A stretch of DNA of 64,000 bases, from positions 384,001 to 448,000 of the forward strand of contig OY970325.1 in NCBI GenBank assembly GCA_963717145.1, written 5' to 3'. The translations under genes and the position numbers were made by a program. Numbering within the stretch: the stretch's first letter is position 1; each line of letters opens with the position of its first letter. Below are positions 1-9,419 of the stretch, in pieces. The stretch comes from an uncultured Armatimonadetes bacterium. GTDB taxonomy: Bacteria; Armatimonadota; UBA5829; DTJY01. Below the pieces are notes generated by a model. That model saw only the letters and a program-made list of their open reading frames with translations. It was not told where the DNA came from and ran no database searches.

Positions 1-406
1 CTACGTCTACCGTCACATGCCGCAGGTCGGAGGCGTCATCCATACGCATTCGAACTACGCGACCGCCTTCGCCGCGCTCGGGAAGCCGATCCCATGCTAC
101 CTGACAGCGATGGCAGACGAGTTCGGCGGCCCGATCCCGATCTCGGACTATGCGCGGGTCGGCGAGGAGGAGATCGGCCGGGAGATCGTGGACAAGATCG
201 GCGACTGCCCGGCGATCCTGATGAAGAACCACGGCGCCTTCACCATCGGGCGGACCGTCCCCGATGCGTTCAAGGCGGCGGTGATGCTCGAGGACATCGC
301 GAAGACGTGCCACCTCGCGCTCCAGGTCGGGCGTCCCCTCGAGATCCCGCCCGAGGAGGTCGCCCGCGCGCACAAGCGGTACGTCGACAAGTACGGACAG
401 AAATAG
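1..406 (+). CDS. araD: L-ribulose-5-phosphate 4-epimerase / class II aldolase, 5'-truncated by window edge
   Basis: VIHTHS..ATAFA and LMKNHG zinc motifs; frame open from the window edge; upstream of ribulokinase. Confidence 0.85.
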   Translation, partial: YVYRHMPQVGGVIHTHSNYATAFAALGKPIPCYLTAMADEFGGPIPISDYARVGEEEIGREIVDKIGDCPAILMKNHGAFTIGRTVPDAFKAAVMLEDIAKTCHLALQVGRPLEIPPEEVARAHKRYVDKYGQK

Positions 407-441
407 AGTATGGGAGTATGGGAGTATGGGAGTATGGGAGT
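406..441. repeat. (GAGTATGG)n octamer tandem repeat, left part, split by IS3
   Basis: 4.5 perfect units starting within the araD stop codon. Confidence 0.95.
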
Positions 442-495
442 TGATCTTGCCTCGAATTAGTGGGCACCGGATAATAAGAGATGAGGTGACCCAAG

Positions 496-777
496 ATGAA
501 GAGGCAGTATTCAGAAAGCTTCAAGGCGGAGGCGGTGAAGTTGGCTTTTTCCGGCAGGGCGAGCAAAGCTCGGATCGCAAAGGAACTGGGAGTCAACATC
601 AACAGCCTGGACGCCTGGATCAGGAAGTACAAGGAGAGCCTGGGAGAGATCGATCCCAGGAAGAGAGAGTCCCTTGAGGACGAAGTGAAGCGTCTCCGCA
701 AGGAGAACGATCTCCTCCGAGAGGAGAGAGACATATTAAAAAAAGCGGCGGCGTACTTTGCGAGGGAGCAGCAGTGA
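496..777 (+). CDS. IS3 transposase OrfA (HTH)
   Basis: KRQYSESFKAEAV...IAKELGV...ILKKAAAYF, typical OrfA. Confidence 0.95.
   Translation: MKRQYSESFKAEAVKLAFSGRASKARIAKELGVNINSLDAWIRKYKESLGEIDPRKRESLEDEVKRLRKENDLLREERDILKKAAAYFAREQQ
738..745 (+). other. -1 programmed ribosomal frameshift motif A7G of IS3
   Basis: AAAAAAAG near the end of orfA; orfB lies in the -1 frame. Confidence 0.8.
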
Positions 778-1643
778 AGTACGCCTTCATCGCTGCTCAA
801 GACGGTCGCTTCAGGATCGGGACGATCTGCGGGGTGCTCGGTGTGAGCCGGAGCGGCTACTACGCGTGGCAGGGGCGTCCCGAAAGCGATCGCGCCAGGA
901 AGAACGAGAAGCTGCTCACACGGATCAGGGAGGTCCACGCCGAGAGCAGAGACACCTACGGTAGCCCGAGGGTTCACATACGGCTTCGGCAGGCGGGTGA
1001 GACCTGCAGCAGAGGCCGTGTGGCCAGGCTCATGACAGCAAACGGAATCCGCGCAAGACAGAAGCGGAAGTTCCGTGTTACGACTAACTCCAGGCACAAC
1101 CAGCCTGTGGCGGCGAATCTGCTCAAGAGAAACTTCGAGGTAGCCAGACCGAACAGTGTCTGGGTAAGCGACATAACGTATGTGCATACCCGTGAGGGTT
1201 GGCTCTATCTTTCGGCGGTGATGGATCTTTACTCGCGCCAGATAGTGGGCTGGTCGATGAAAGAGACGCTTGGGAGTGTGCTCGCAAGTGAGGCGCTCAG
1301 GATGGCATACAAGAACAGAAGACCGGTCGGTGAAGTCATCCATCATTCGGATCGAGGGTGTCAGTACGCGAGCGGCGAATTTCGTAGGCTTCTCGAAGCC
1401 TACGAAATTCGAGCCAGCATGAGCGGCGCCGGGGATTGCTATGACAACGCCCCGATGGAGAGCTTCTTTGCGACGCTTAAGGCCGAGCTGATACATCATC
1501 GAACATACTCCTCACGAGAGGAAGCGAGATCTGATATCTTCGAGTACATCGAAGTGTTCTACAATCGACAGCGACTCCACTCGAGCCTCGGCTATCGGAG
1601 TCCCGCCGATTTCGAGGCGGCCGCTCTCGAACGAGCGGCCTAG
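774..1643 (+). CDS. IS3 transposase OrfB (DDE core)
   Basis: WVSDITY, HHSDRGCQY, DNAPMESFF; GTGA overlap with the orfA stop. Confidence 0.95.
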   Translation: MKYAFIAAQDGRFRIGTICGVLGVSRSGYYAWQGRPESDRARKNEKLLTRIREVHAESRDTYGSPRVHIRLRQAGETCSRGRVARLMTANGIRARQKRKFRVTTNSRHNQPVAANLLKRNFEVARPNSVWVSDITYVHTREGWLYLSAVMDLYSRQIVGWSMKETLGSVLASEALRMAYKNRRPVGEVIHHSDRGCQYASGEFRRLLEAYEIRASMSGAGDCYDNAPMESFFATLKAELIHHRTYSSREEARSDIFEYIEVFYNRQRLHSSLGYRSPADFEAAALERAA

Positions 1644-1674
1644 GTGATCTGTCCACGAAAACGGGGCAGGATCA

Positions 1675-1768
1675 AGTATGGGAGTATGGGAGTATGGGAG
1701 TATGGGAGTATGGGAGTATGGGAGTGTGGGAGTATTTCGGACTCCCATACTCCCATACCCCCACACTC
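1675..1768. repeat. (GAGTATGG)n right part plus inverted (ACTCCCAT)n arm, forming a hairpin
   Basis: About 7.5 forward units, TTCGG loop, then ACTCCCATACTCCCATACCCCCACACTC directly before the araB RBS. Confidence 0.95.
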
Positions 1769-1781
1769 TGAGGAGGTTATC

Positions 1782-3533
1782 ATGGATCGCAAGTTTGCAT
1801 TGGGCATCGACTACGGGACGAACTCCGTCCGCGCGCTGATCGTGGATGTCGCCAACGGTGAGGAGATCGGGACCTTCGTCCACAACTACACCCGTGGGCG
1901 CGACGGCATCATCCTCGATGAGCGCGACTCGAACCTCGCGCGCCAGGATCCTCGGGACTACGTCGAGGGTCTGGAGTCGTCCGTCCGAGGCGCGATCGCA
2001 GAGGCGGAAAAGACGCCCGAGTTCAGCGCGGATGAGATCATCGGCATCGGCATCGACACCACCGGGAGCACCCCGATGCCCGTCGATGAGAAGGGCACTC
2101 CTCTGGCATTCTACGACGAGTTCAAGGATAATCCGAACGCCATGGCCTGGCTCTGGAAGGATCACACCAGCCACGCGGAGGCGGAGATGATCACCCGCAA
2201 GGCCCACGAGCATGACCCCGACTACACGAAATACTGCGGAGGCATCTACTCGTCCGAGTGGTTCTTCGCCAAGGTGCTTCACCTCGCGAACGTGGACCCG
2301 AAGGTCTACAGCGCGGCTGCCAGCTTCGTCGAGCACTGCGACTGGATGCCCGCGCTGCTCGTCGGTGACACCCGCCCGAAGAGCGTCAAGCGGGGACGGT
2401 GCTCCGCCGGGCACAAGACGCTATGGAACGTCGAGTGGGGCGGCCTCCCGAAGCAGTCGTTCTGGTCGAGCGTCAGCCCGAAGCTCGACGGACTGATCGA
2501 CAAGCTCTACACCGACACGTACACAGCGGACACGATGGTCGGCGGCCTTTGCTCCGAGTGGGCGGGGAAGCTCGGCCTGCCCGAGGGGATTCCGGTCGCC
2601 GCGGGGGCGTTCGACGCGCATATCGGGGCGGTCGGCGCGGGGGTCAAGCCCGGCACGCTCGTCAAGATCATGGGCACATCCGCCTGCGACATGATGGTCG
2701 CCCCACCGGCGGAGGTCGATGGCACGATCAAGGGCATCTGCGGCCAGGTAGATGGAAGCATCGTCCCCGGCATGATCGGCTTCGAGGCCGGGCAGTCGGC
2801 GGTCGGCGACATCTTCGCCTGGTATCGAGATCAGATGGCCTGGCCGTTCGCCAACCTGTTCAAGTCCGAGCTTACCGACAAGGCCTTCATGGAGGCCAAA
2901 GCATACAGCGCCGATATGGCCAAAGCGAACGCTCTCCCGGTCCTCACCGATCTCGCTGCCAAGACCCGGCCCGGTCAGTCCGGGCTCCTCGCGCTCGACT
3001 GGCTGAACGGCAACCGCACGATCCTCGTCGATGTGAACCTGACCGGTCTCATCCTCGGCCTGACGCTCGGCACGCGGCCGGAGGAGATCTTCCGGGCGCT
3101 CATCGAGTCGACCGCGTTCGGCGCGCGGGTGATCATGGAGCGCCTCGAGGAGTACGGCGTCGAGGTCAAGGACGTCATCACGTGCGGCGGGCTGGCGGAG
3201 AAGAACCCCTGGCTGATGCAGATCTATGCCGACGTGACCGGCCGGCCGATGAAGGTCTCGCGGTCGAGCCAGACATGCGCGCTCGGATCGGCGATGTTCG
3301 GCGCGGTCGCGGGTGGATACTACAAGAAGGTCGAGCAGGCGCAGGAAGCGATGAGCGGGCTCAGGGATGTCGTCTACACCCCGAACCCCGAGGCGCAGGC
3401 GGTCTACGACCGGCTCTACGCCATCTACCGCCGACTCCATGACGCTTTCGGCACGCGCGACTACTCCGAGTCGCTCTTCGGCGTGATGAAGGAGCTTCTC
3501 GACATAAAGAGGAATACTCTAGCTACCGACTAG
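1782..3533 (+). CDS. araB: Ribulokinase
   Basis: LGIDYGTNSVRA, GGIYSSEWF, LDWLNGNR; AGGAGG RBS before ATG 1782. Confidence 0.93.
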   Translation: MDRKFALGIDYGTNSVRALIVDVANGEEIGTFVHNYTRGRDGIILDERDSNLARQDPRDYVEGLESSVRGAIAEAEKTPEFSADEIIGIGIDTTGSTPMPVDEKGTPLAFYDEFKDNPNAMAWLWKDHTSHAEAEMITRKAHEHDPDYTKYCGGIYSSEWFFAKVLHLANVDPKVYSAAASFVEHCDWMPALLVGDTRPKSVKRGRCSAGHKTLWNVEWGGLPKQSFWSSVSPKLDGLIDKLYTDTYTADTMVGGLCSEWAGKLGLPEGIPVAAGAFDAHIGAVGAGVKPGTLVKIMGTSACDMMVAPPAEVDGTIKGICGQVDGSIVPGMIGFEAGQSAVGDIFAWYRDQMAWPFANLFKSELTDKAFMEAKAYSADMAKANALPVLTDLAAKTRPGQSGLLALDWLNGNRTILVDVNLTGLILGLTLGTRPEEIFRALIESTAFGARVIMERLEEYGVEVKDVITCGGLAEKNPWLMQIYADVTGRPMKVSRSSQTCALGSAMFGAVAGGYYKKVEQAQEAMSGLRDVVYTPNPEAQAVYDRLYAIYRRLHDAFGTRDYSESLFGVMKELLDIKRNTLATD

Positions 3534-3551
3534 CCTGCCGAGGTGGACCGC

Positions 3552-4982
3552 ATGAGCAAGAAGAGCCAACAAAAGAAGAGCCGCACCTACGTGCCTGGAA
3601 ACATCGAGAGGCAGGTGCTCTTCGAAGCGCGCTACAAGTGCAGTGTGCCCCACTGTGGTCAGAAGGCCGCGCTGGACGTGCACCATATAGACTACGATCG
3701 GACGAACCACGCCCCTGCAAACCTCCTGGTGATGTGCCCGACTTGCCACCGCCTGGCTACGGATAAGAAGATCGACCGCTTGGCCTGCCTCATGATGAAG
3801 CAGCAGTTGAAGCTGAAGGACCGGAGCAAGAAGGAACTGGAAGAGTGGAAGGACGAGGCCATTTCTGAGATCAGTAACGCCGTCGGTAGCCAGGAAACGC
3901 CGAAGCCCCTGGAGGACAAGGACAGGGGAACTCAGAGGCCGAATAGCCGGGTCGAGGTAGCCGCCGAGCAGGTTCTGACCTACGATAAGGCAGACATCGA
4001 ACTGCCGGCAGACGTTCTCCGCTCGCTGGCCGCGTCGTTCTACCATTCGAGCGAGCTCAACGCATCGCTGGAGATATTCCGCATAGTAACCAAGTCGGAC
4101 GGTGTAACAGCAGTCGACTATTACAACGCAGGGTTTGTGCTTCAGAAGACCGGGCGAACGAAAGAGGCTGAGGAGTCATACCGGCTGGCACTTGATGAGG
4201 ACCCGACTGACGCCGTTGCCTGGTCCAGCCTTGGGAATCTGCTGCATAACGCTAGACGGCGGGAAGAGGCAGACAAGGCCTATCGGCGGTCACTCGAACT
4301 TGATCCCCAAGATGCCATGACTTGGAGCAAGCTTGGAGTGCTGCTAGGTGAGACCGATCAGTGGGAGGATGCTGAGAAGGCACATCGCACGGCTCTTGAT
4401 CTGGACCCCAGGATTGCTGGTGTCTGGAACAACCTTGGTGTCTCGCTTGAGAAGACTGAGCGGCGTGAAGGTGCAGAGGAGGCCTACCGCAAGGCTATCG
4501 AACTGGATGTCCAGTTTGCCGAGGCTTGGTTGAACCTTGGCAGACTTCTCAAGAAGACGGATCGAAAGGAAGAGGCGGCGGACGCATTTGAGAAGGCGAG
4601 CGAGTCCGGTGCGTTTAACGCCGACGAGCACAGCGGCCTGGCGTATGCCCTCTGGGAATGCGGGCGACTCGATGACGCGGAGTTGGAGGTCATGAGAGCG
4701 CTGGAGGACGATCCCAACCACGCCTACGCCCACGCCACGCTCGGGCTCATCCGCTTCGAGCAGGACAAGCTCGACGAGGGGCGTGCGGGCTACGAGAAGG
4801 CGATCGAGGTCAAGCCGGACGACTTGCCCCTCCAGCAGAAGTACCACTACGAGTACGGTCGCGCGCTCGCACGAAACAAGCTCATACCCGACGCCCGCCG
4901 GGAATTCGAGGCCGCACTCGCGGTCAAAGCCGACTACGTCCCCCGCGACCAGATCGAGACCGCCCTCTCCGCGCTCACCTGA
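3552..4982 (+). CDS. HNH endonuclease domain fused to TPR repeats
   Basis: CSVPHC...DVHHID...NLLVMCPTCHR, followed by multiple 34-aa TPRs (AWxNLG...AY.KA.ELDP); alternative GTG start at 3543. Confidence 0.8.
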   Translation: MSKKSQQKKSRTYVPGNIERQVLFEARYKCSVPHCGQKAALDVHHIDYDRTNHAPANLLVMCPTCHRLATDKKIDRLACLMMKQQLKLKDRSKKELEEWKDEAISEISNAVGSQETPKPLEDKDRGTQRPNSRVEVAAEQVLTYDKADIELPADVLRSLAASFYHSSELNASLEIFRIVTKSDGVTAVDYYNAGFVLQKTGRTKEAEESYRLALDEDPTDAVAWSSLGNLLHNARRREEADKAYRRSLELDPQDAMTWSKLGVLLGETDQWEDAEKAHRTALDLDPRIAGVWNNLGVSLEKTERREGAEEAYRKAIELDVQFAEAWLNLGRLLKKTDRKEEAADAFEKASESGAFNADEHSGLAYALWECGRLDDAELEVMRALEDDPNHAYAHATLGLIRFEQDKLDEGRAGYEKAIEVKPDDLPLQQKYHYEYGRALARNKLIPDARREFEAALAVKADYVPRDQIETALSALT

Positions 4983-5014
4983 CCGTTCCGAGACCCCGCG
5001 CAAGGAACCGTCTA

Positions 5015-5131
5015 GTCCTGAGTATGCCGGTGAATGACGGCATGTAACGAAGGACGGTGGCATATGTCCAGTGTTTGGCTGCACAAGGCCGCCCTTCGTT
5101 ACATGCCGTCATTCACCGGCATACTCAGGGC
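5015..5131. repeat. 43-bp inverted repeat element (REP/MITE-like) between convergent genes
   Basis: Arms 5015-5057 and 5089-5131 match 41/43; each arm holds an internal ATGCCG..CGGCAT hairpin. Confidence 0.9.
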
Positions 5132-5148
5132 TGACGGTGTTCGGTTCC

Positions 5149-5194
5149 CCAACATCCAACACCCGACACCCAACACCCAGTACTCCAGTACTCC
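5149..5194. repeat. Degenerate CCAACAC heptamer tandem repeat
   Basis: CCAACAT CCAACAC CCGACAC CCAACAC CCAGTAC..; related units near 41066-41082. Confidence 0.75.
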
Positions 5195-5201
5195 GCCCTC
5201 C

Positions 5202-6754
5202 TCACTCCTTGAACAGCCCCCGCACGATCCCGACGAGTCCCCAGCGCACTTCCGGCGGGAGGTCAGGGTATGCCGGCATCGACGTGCCTGGGTGGCCGTT
5301 CGTGATCACGTCGAAGGAGCGCTCGGACGTGAGCGTGTACTGCGTGAGGTCCGGCGGCATGGGGGCGAGGCCTTTCCCCATCACGGTGATCCGCCCCGAC
5401 TTGCCGTGACACAGGGCGCAAGTCGTTGCGTACACCTCCGCAGCCTGTTTCCGCGCCTTCTCAGGGACGGGACGCGCGAACGGCTCGGGCGCTTGGAGCA
5501 CTCCAAAGCGCTTATCGAGCGTGCTCATCAGTGAGTCCAGCTTGTCCGTCGTGAAAAGGGAGAAGTACGGCATCGCGCTGCCGTCGACCCCGTGAAGCAG
5601 GATGCCTTGGAGATAACTACGATTGGTTCGGACCGCCGTGAGGTTCTCGGGCGGGATGCTCAGGTTGTGCGCCTCGGCGCCTTTCCCATCGCCCTTGTCA
5701 CCATGGCAGAATGCGCAGCTTCCCGCATAGATCGTGTCCCCGTTGTCGTACACGGTGCGCAGGTCGCTCTTGTACCTCGCGAGCGCGTCGGGGCTGAACG
5801 GCTTCAAGCGCGTCTGGTACGCCCGCTCCGACTTCTCGATCTTCCTCTGGAGCGGCACGATGGCGCTGTATTGGTGGAACTGCCTCGCGAGCAGCATCGA
5901 GACCAGCAGCACACCGAGGAGCCCGGTCCCACCCGGACCTCGATACTGCGCCGGCCGTAGATATGCCAAAGGAGTGACATGGCTGCCAGAATGCCGACGA
6001 AGAGCCCCAGGTTCGAGCCGAGACTGAGTCCCCTGGGCACGGAAGTGTAGAGCATGACCCCGAGCAGCACCTGGAAGAGCAGGCCGCCCACGATCCATCG
6101 CAGTAGGGACTGCTTCTTCTCCGCGTCATCCGCCTTCGACGTGAGGTAATGGAACGCCGCGCCGAAGACGACCGCCGCGCCGAGTATGTGCAGGTATCGA
6201 AACAGCCAGTGGATCGAAAGCTCCGGGGGCATTCTGTATCCGCGCATCGTCATCGGAAGCCACTTGTCGGGGTTCTCCGTCACCGAGAGGACGGCCACGA
6301 ATACGCCGGGAATCGCGAGCAGGCACGTCAGGCCGATCACCCCGAGCGCGAGGCCTACCACGCGGCGCGGGTCGCGGTAATCCCCGAGGAGATCGAGCAA
6401 CAGGAACGCGGTGACCAGCAGGAGGATGACCCCCAGCCAATACGGCGCGAGCATGGTCACAGCGGTGAAGAACGGCACCGTGAATCCGACCTGCATCAGG
6501 AGCAGCGGACCGATCCCGAGGACGACGGCGATGCTCTTGTGCGCCATGAATGTGTGGACGATCTCCCTGTGCCAGCGCCGTTCCTCGATCCTGCCCCGTC
6601 TCCACGACCGCAGGAGGTAGTACACGCTGAGGATCCCCGTGCCGAGCGTGAAGAGGACGAACATGAGGTGGAGCACGAAGGCGCTGAAGAGCAGCCCCGT
6701 CAGCCAGGCGTCGGAGATCGGCTTGCGCAGAAGCAAATCCGTCAGGCTGTCCAC
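5202..6754 (-). CDS. Polytopic membrane protein with C-terminal diheme cytochrome c; one frameshift near 5928-5930
   Basis: GTG 6754 after AAGGAGG; multiple TM segments, then CAFCH and CALCH in the second frame; one extra G in a G3 run joins the frames. Confidence 0.75.
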
Positions 6755-6776
6755 ATCGTCCTCCTTTCCTTGTTCA

Positions 6777-8129
6777 TCACGGGCGGATTGCCGGATAGCG
6801 CGACCCAGGCCTGCGGGCGCCGTCCGCCAGCGAGATATCGTAAAGGTAGTCGGCCAGGATGTGCCGCTCCTCATCGTTGCCCGAGAAGGGCGGCATCCAT
6901 GGGATCATCTCGCGGGTGTGCCCGAGGATCACGTAGATCCCGTCGGCTGTTCGACCCCGGACCCGGTCACCGATGTCATTGACGCCGCCGATGGTGTGGC
7001 ACGCCCCGCAGTTCTGGCCGAAGAGGTACTCGCCGGGTGAGGGTCGGTTCGGCTTGACGCTCGTCGCCGAGTACCAGTAGCTGTTCCGGAGCATGCCATC
7101 TCTTACGATGAGTTCGTGTTCGTCGACCAGAATCTGGTTTGCATACATGTATCCGGGCATCAAATACGGCCCGCGTATGAACTCCCTGATGTACTCGAAC
7201 TGGGCAACGAATGCGATCGCTGCGATCGTCGCGGGGATCAGCAGGACTCGCGTCGCGAGCGCCTTGCCTCTTGCCGCTACCGGTGCGAGGACCAGGAGAA
7301 CCGCGAGGGCCGATGCATTGAGCGCCCAGAAGACTGCGGGGTTCCTCGGGAGCATCCTCCCGAGCACTGCGCCGATTGCGTGCGTCTTGAAGGTCGGCGG
7401 GATGGTCTGGAAATACCACCATGCGAAGACCACCGTCGCAAGCGTCGCGACGACCATGATCCCTCCGAACACGCGCGAGGCTTCTCGGCGGAAACCGACG
7501 TTCCAGCGAGTGATGTACAGGTATGCCAGGGATATCAGGCCCGCGAGCGCGAATGAGCCGGTCAGCCTCAGGAAGAGGTGCGGGAGGAACGACGGATTCA
7601 GGAACGCCTGCCAGAAGCTCCGGCTCCACGGCCAGCCGTCGCTTGTGAGCATGAAACTGATGATGCCGGCGATCAGGATGGCTGAGCAGATCGCCCAGGC
7701 CAGGTAGCTTGCCCCGAGTCGCACGTGCGCCATCTTCCGCGCTCCCTGCCACCTGTCCCAGAGGTAGTAGTACGCCAGCAGGACAAGGAGTTCGCCGATG
7801 AATGTGAACCATTCGATCCACCACGGCCAGAAGAAGACCCGAAGCATCGAGCCGATCGCGCGAGGAGCGAGGACGCTCGTGTAGAACCAGATGCCGACTC
7901 CCGATACCGCGCCGGCGGACGTTATGGTGATGGCGGTGACTCGGATGAAGCTTCGGGCGAAGGATTCCCAGTCCTGTGAGGCCCTTCGAATGCCGATGTA
8001 CTCCGCGAGCACTATGAGCCCGAACACGCCGACGGAGAACCCGTGGCTGATGAGTACGTGGATAACCGCCTCGAGGCCGATAGTGAGTCCATCGCCCATG
8101 TGGCCTGGGTGGTAGATAGGGAACTGCAT
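6777..8129 (-). CDS. Cytochrome bd subunit I-like membrane protein with C-terminal cytochrome c
   Basis: HVLISH, FFWPWWIEWFTF, EYIREFIRGPY, CGACH; multiple TM helices. Confidence 0.75.
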   Translation of the reverse strand: MQFPIYHPGHMGDGLTIGLEAVIHVLISHGFSVGVFGLIVLAEYIGIRRASQDWESFARSFIRVTAITITSAGAVSGVGIWFYTSVLAPRAIGSMLRVFFWPWWIEWFTFIGELLVLLAYYYLWDRWQGARKMAHVRLGASYLAWAICSAILIAGIISFMLTSDGWPWSRSFWQAFLNPSFLPHLFLRLTGSFALAGLISLAYLYITRWNVGFRREASRVFGGIMVVATLATVVFAWWYFQTIPPTFKTHAIGAVLGRMLPRNPAVFWALNASALAVLLVLAPVAARGKALATRVLLIPATIAAIAFVAQFEYIREFIRGPYLMPGYMYANQILVDEHELIVRDGMLRNSYWYSATSVKPNRPSPGEYLFGQNCGACHTIGGVNDIGDRVRGRTADGIYVILGHTREMIPWMPPFSGNDEERHILADYLYDISLADGARRPGSRYPAIRP

Positions 8130-8247
8130 GCAGGAGGGCCTCCGTCCCAGTGATACTCCGCCCTATCTTGTTCCCCATAACGGATGAGTTAAAACCGCCG
8201 AGTGCGCAACCTCTAGCTGGATTGCTTGTGGGAGGCGGGACCATGTT

Positions 8248-8272
8248 GGGGAGGGAGTGGTACTCCCTCCCC
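8248..8272 (-). terminator. GC hairpin downstream of ferritin-like gene
   Basis: GGGGAGGGAGT-GGT-ACTCCCTCCCC, 11-bp stem; no strong U-tract. Confidence 0.45.
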
Positions 8273-8310
8273 TCCTATTGGCACTGTCGTCCTCTGTGCC
8301 CGGTCTGCGC

Positions 8311-9303
8311 TTACCTCACGAGCTGGCCGAGGAGCCACGCATGCTCCATGTCCTCGCGGTAGAGATCGCTGAAGACCTCCTTTGCCAGGTCGTTCGTCTC
8401 GGTCTCCATCAGCCTCTGGTAGTTCTGCATCTCGACCTGCTCGTGAACTAGCGCTCTCTCGAGCATGGTCTCGTTCGGATCGATGATCGACCCCAGGATG
8501 CTGACGTGCTGGTCCTCGATGCTGCTGAACGCCGCATAGTGCGTCCTTTGGTCCTGGTCCCGCTCCATGTGCATGGAATACATATAGCCGGTCCATGCCG
8601 ACACCTCGCCCGCCATCGCCATATCGACGTTGAGAGCGGTGCGGGGGTCGGCTGTGTTTTTGTCGTAGCAGCCACTCCAGTCGCCCTGCCAGATGGTGTC
8701 CTCCGGCTTCATGAACTGCTGATCGAGCGAACGTCCGCCTTTGAGGTCGGCGCCGCCGGTGTACCAGTCGGCCGGGCAGCCTGCATTGCGGACGAGATCC
8801 TCAGCGTACCGGGCATGCTCAAGATGGTCGTCGAAGATGTGACGATAGGCCTTCTTGATCGTCTCGCTGGCTTCGTTCTCCATGCACATCGTGTATGCGC
8901 TGAGTGCCGCAGTCTCCGCTGCCAGTACTGCCTCCGATGTTGCATGTGGCGTGGGCAGCAGCGACATCAGTCTCATGTGGTGGAGATGCTCGGCCCGAGC
9001 TATTTGGCCGAACAGGCTCTTCATCTCGGCATCGGCAGTCCACGCCCCATATGCGCGATAGTCGGCCCAGTGCTGCGCCTCGACCGCCATCATCTGTATG
9101 ACGCTCTGTAAGGTCCGCGGATCGCCCTCATGGAGCGGCAGTTGATCGTGCGTGTCCTTCCTGACGCCGTCAACGCTCCAGGGAAAGATCTGCTCCTCGA
9201 GTGGTTCACCCCGCTCCGAAGGGATGAAACCTCTGTAGTTGTCGTTCACGCCCCGCATCCAATCGGCGAAGCTTTCCTCCCATACCTTCATCTGGATTGC
9301 CAT
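8311..9303 (-). CDS. Tandem ferritin-like domain protein
   Basis: Repeated E/D-x-x-H motifs (EAQH, EHLH, EDQH, DMEH); internal duplication DPRT...E. Confidence 0.65.
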   Translation of the reverse strand: MAIQMKVWEESFADWMRGVNDNYRGFIPSERGEPLEEQIFPWSVDGVRKDTHDQLPLHEGDPRTLQSVIQMMAVEAQHWADYRAYGAWTADAEMKSLFGQIARAEHLHHMRLMSLLPTPHATSEAVLAAETAALSAYTMCMENEASETIKKAYRHIFDDHLEHARYAEDLVRNAGCPADWYTGGADLKGGRSLDQQFMKPEDTIWQGDWSGCYDKNTADPRTALNVDMAMAGEVSAWTGYMYSMHMERDQDQRTHYAAFSSIEDQHVSILGSIIDPNETMLERALVHEQVEMQNYQRLMETETNDLAKEVFSDLYREDMEHAWLLGQLVR

Positions 9304-9419
9304 TCCTCATGGTCTCCTCTCCGGGAAATCGTACAGCTCGAACGTTGTACCACGCGTGCATGTTCCCAGCGCCGGGCACTGCGAAACGTGTTTCTTGGCT
9401 CCAAATCCGAGGGAGGTTT

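Larger units (their letters stand above)
442..1674 (+). mobile_element. IS3-family insertion sequence, complete (1233 bp)
   Basis: TG...CA ends; IRL TGATCTTGCCTCGAATTAGTGGGCA vs reverse-complement IRR TGATCCTGCCCCGTTTTCGTGGACA (19/25); 3-bp target duplication AGT (439-441, 1675-1677); orfA/orfB. Confidence 0.95.
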
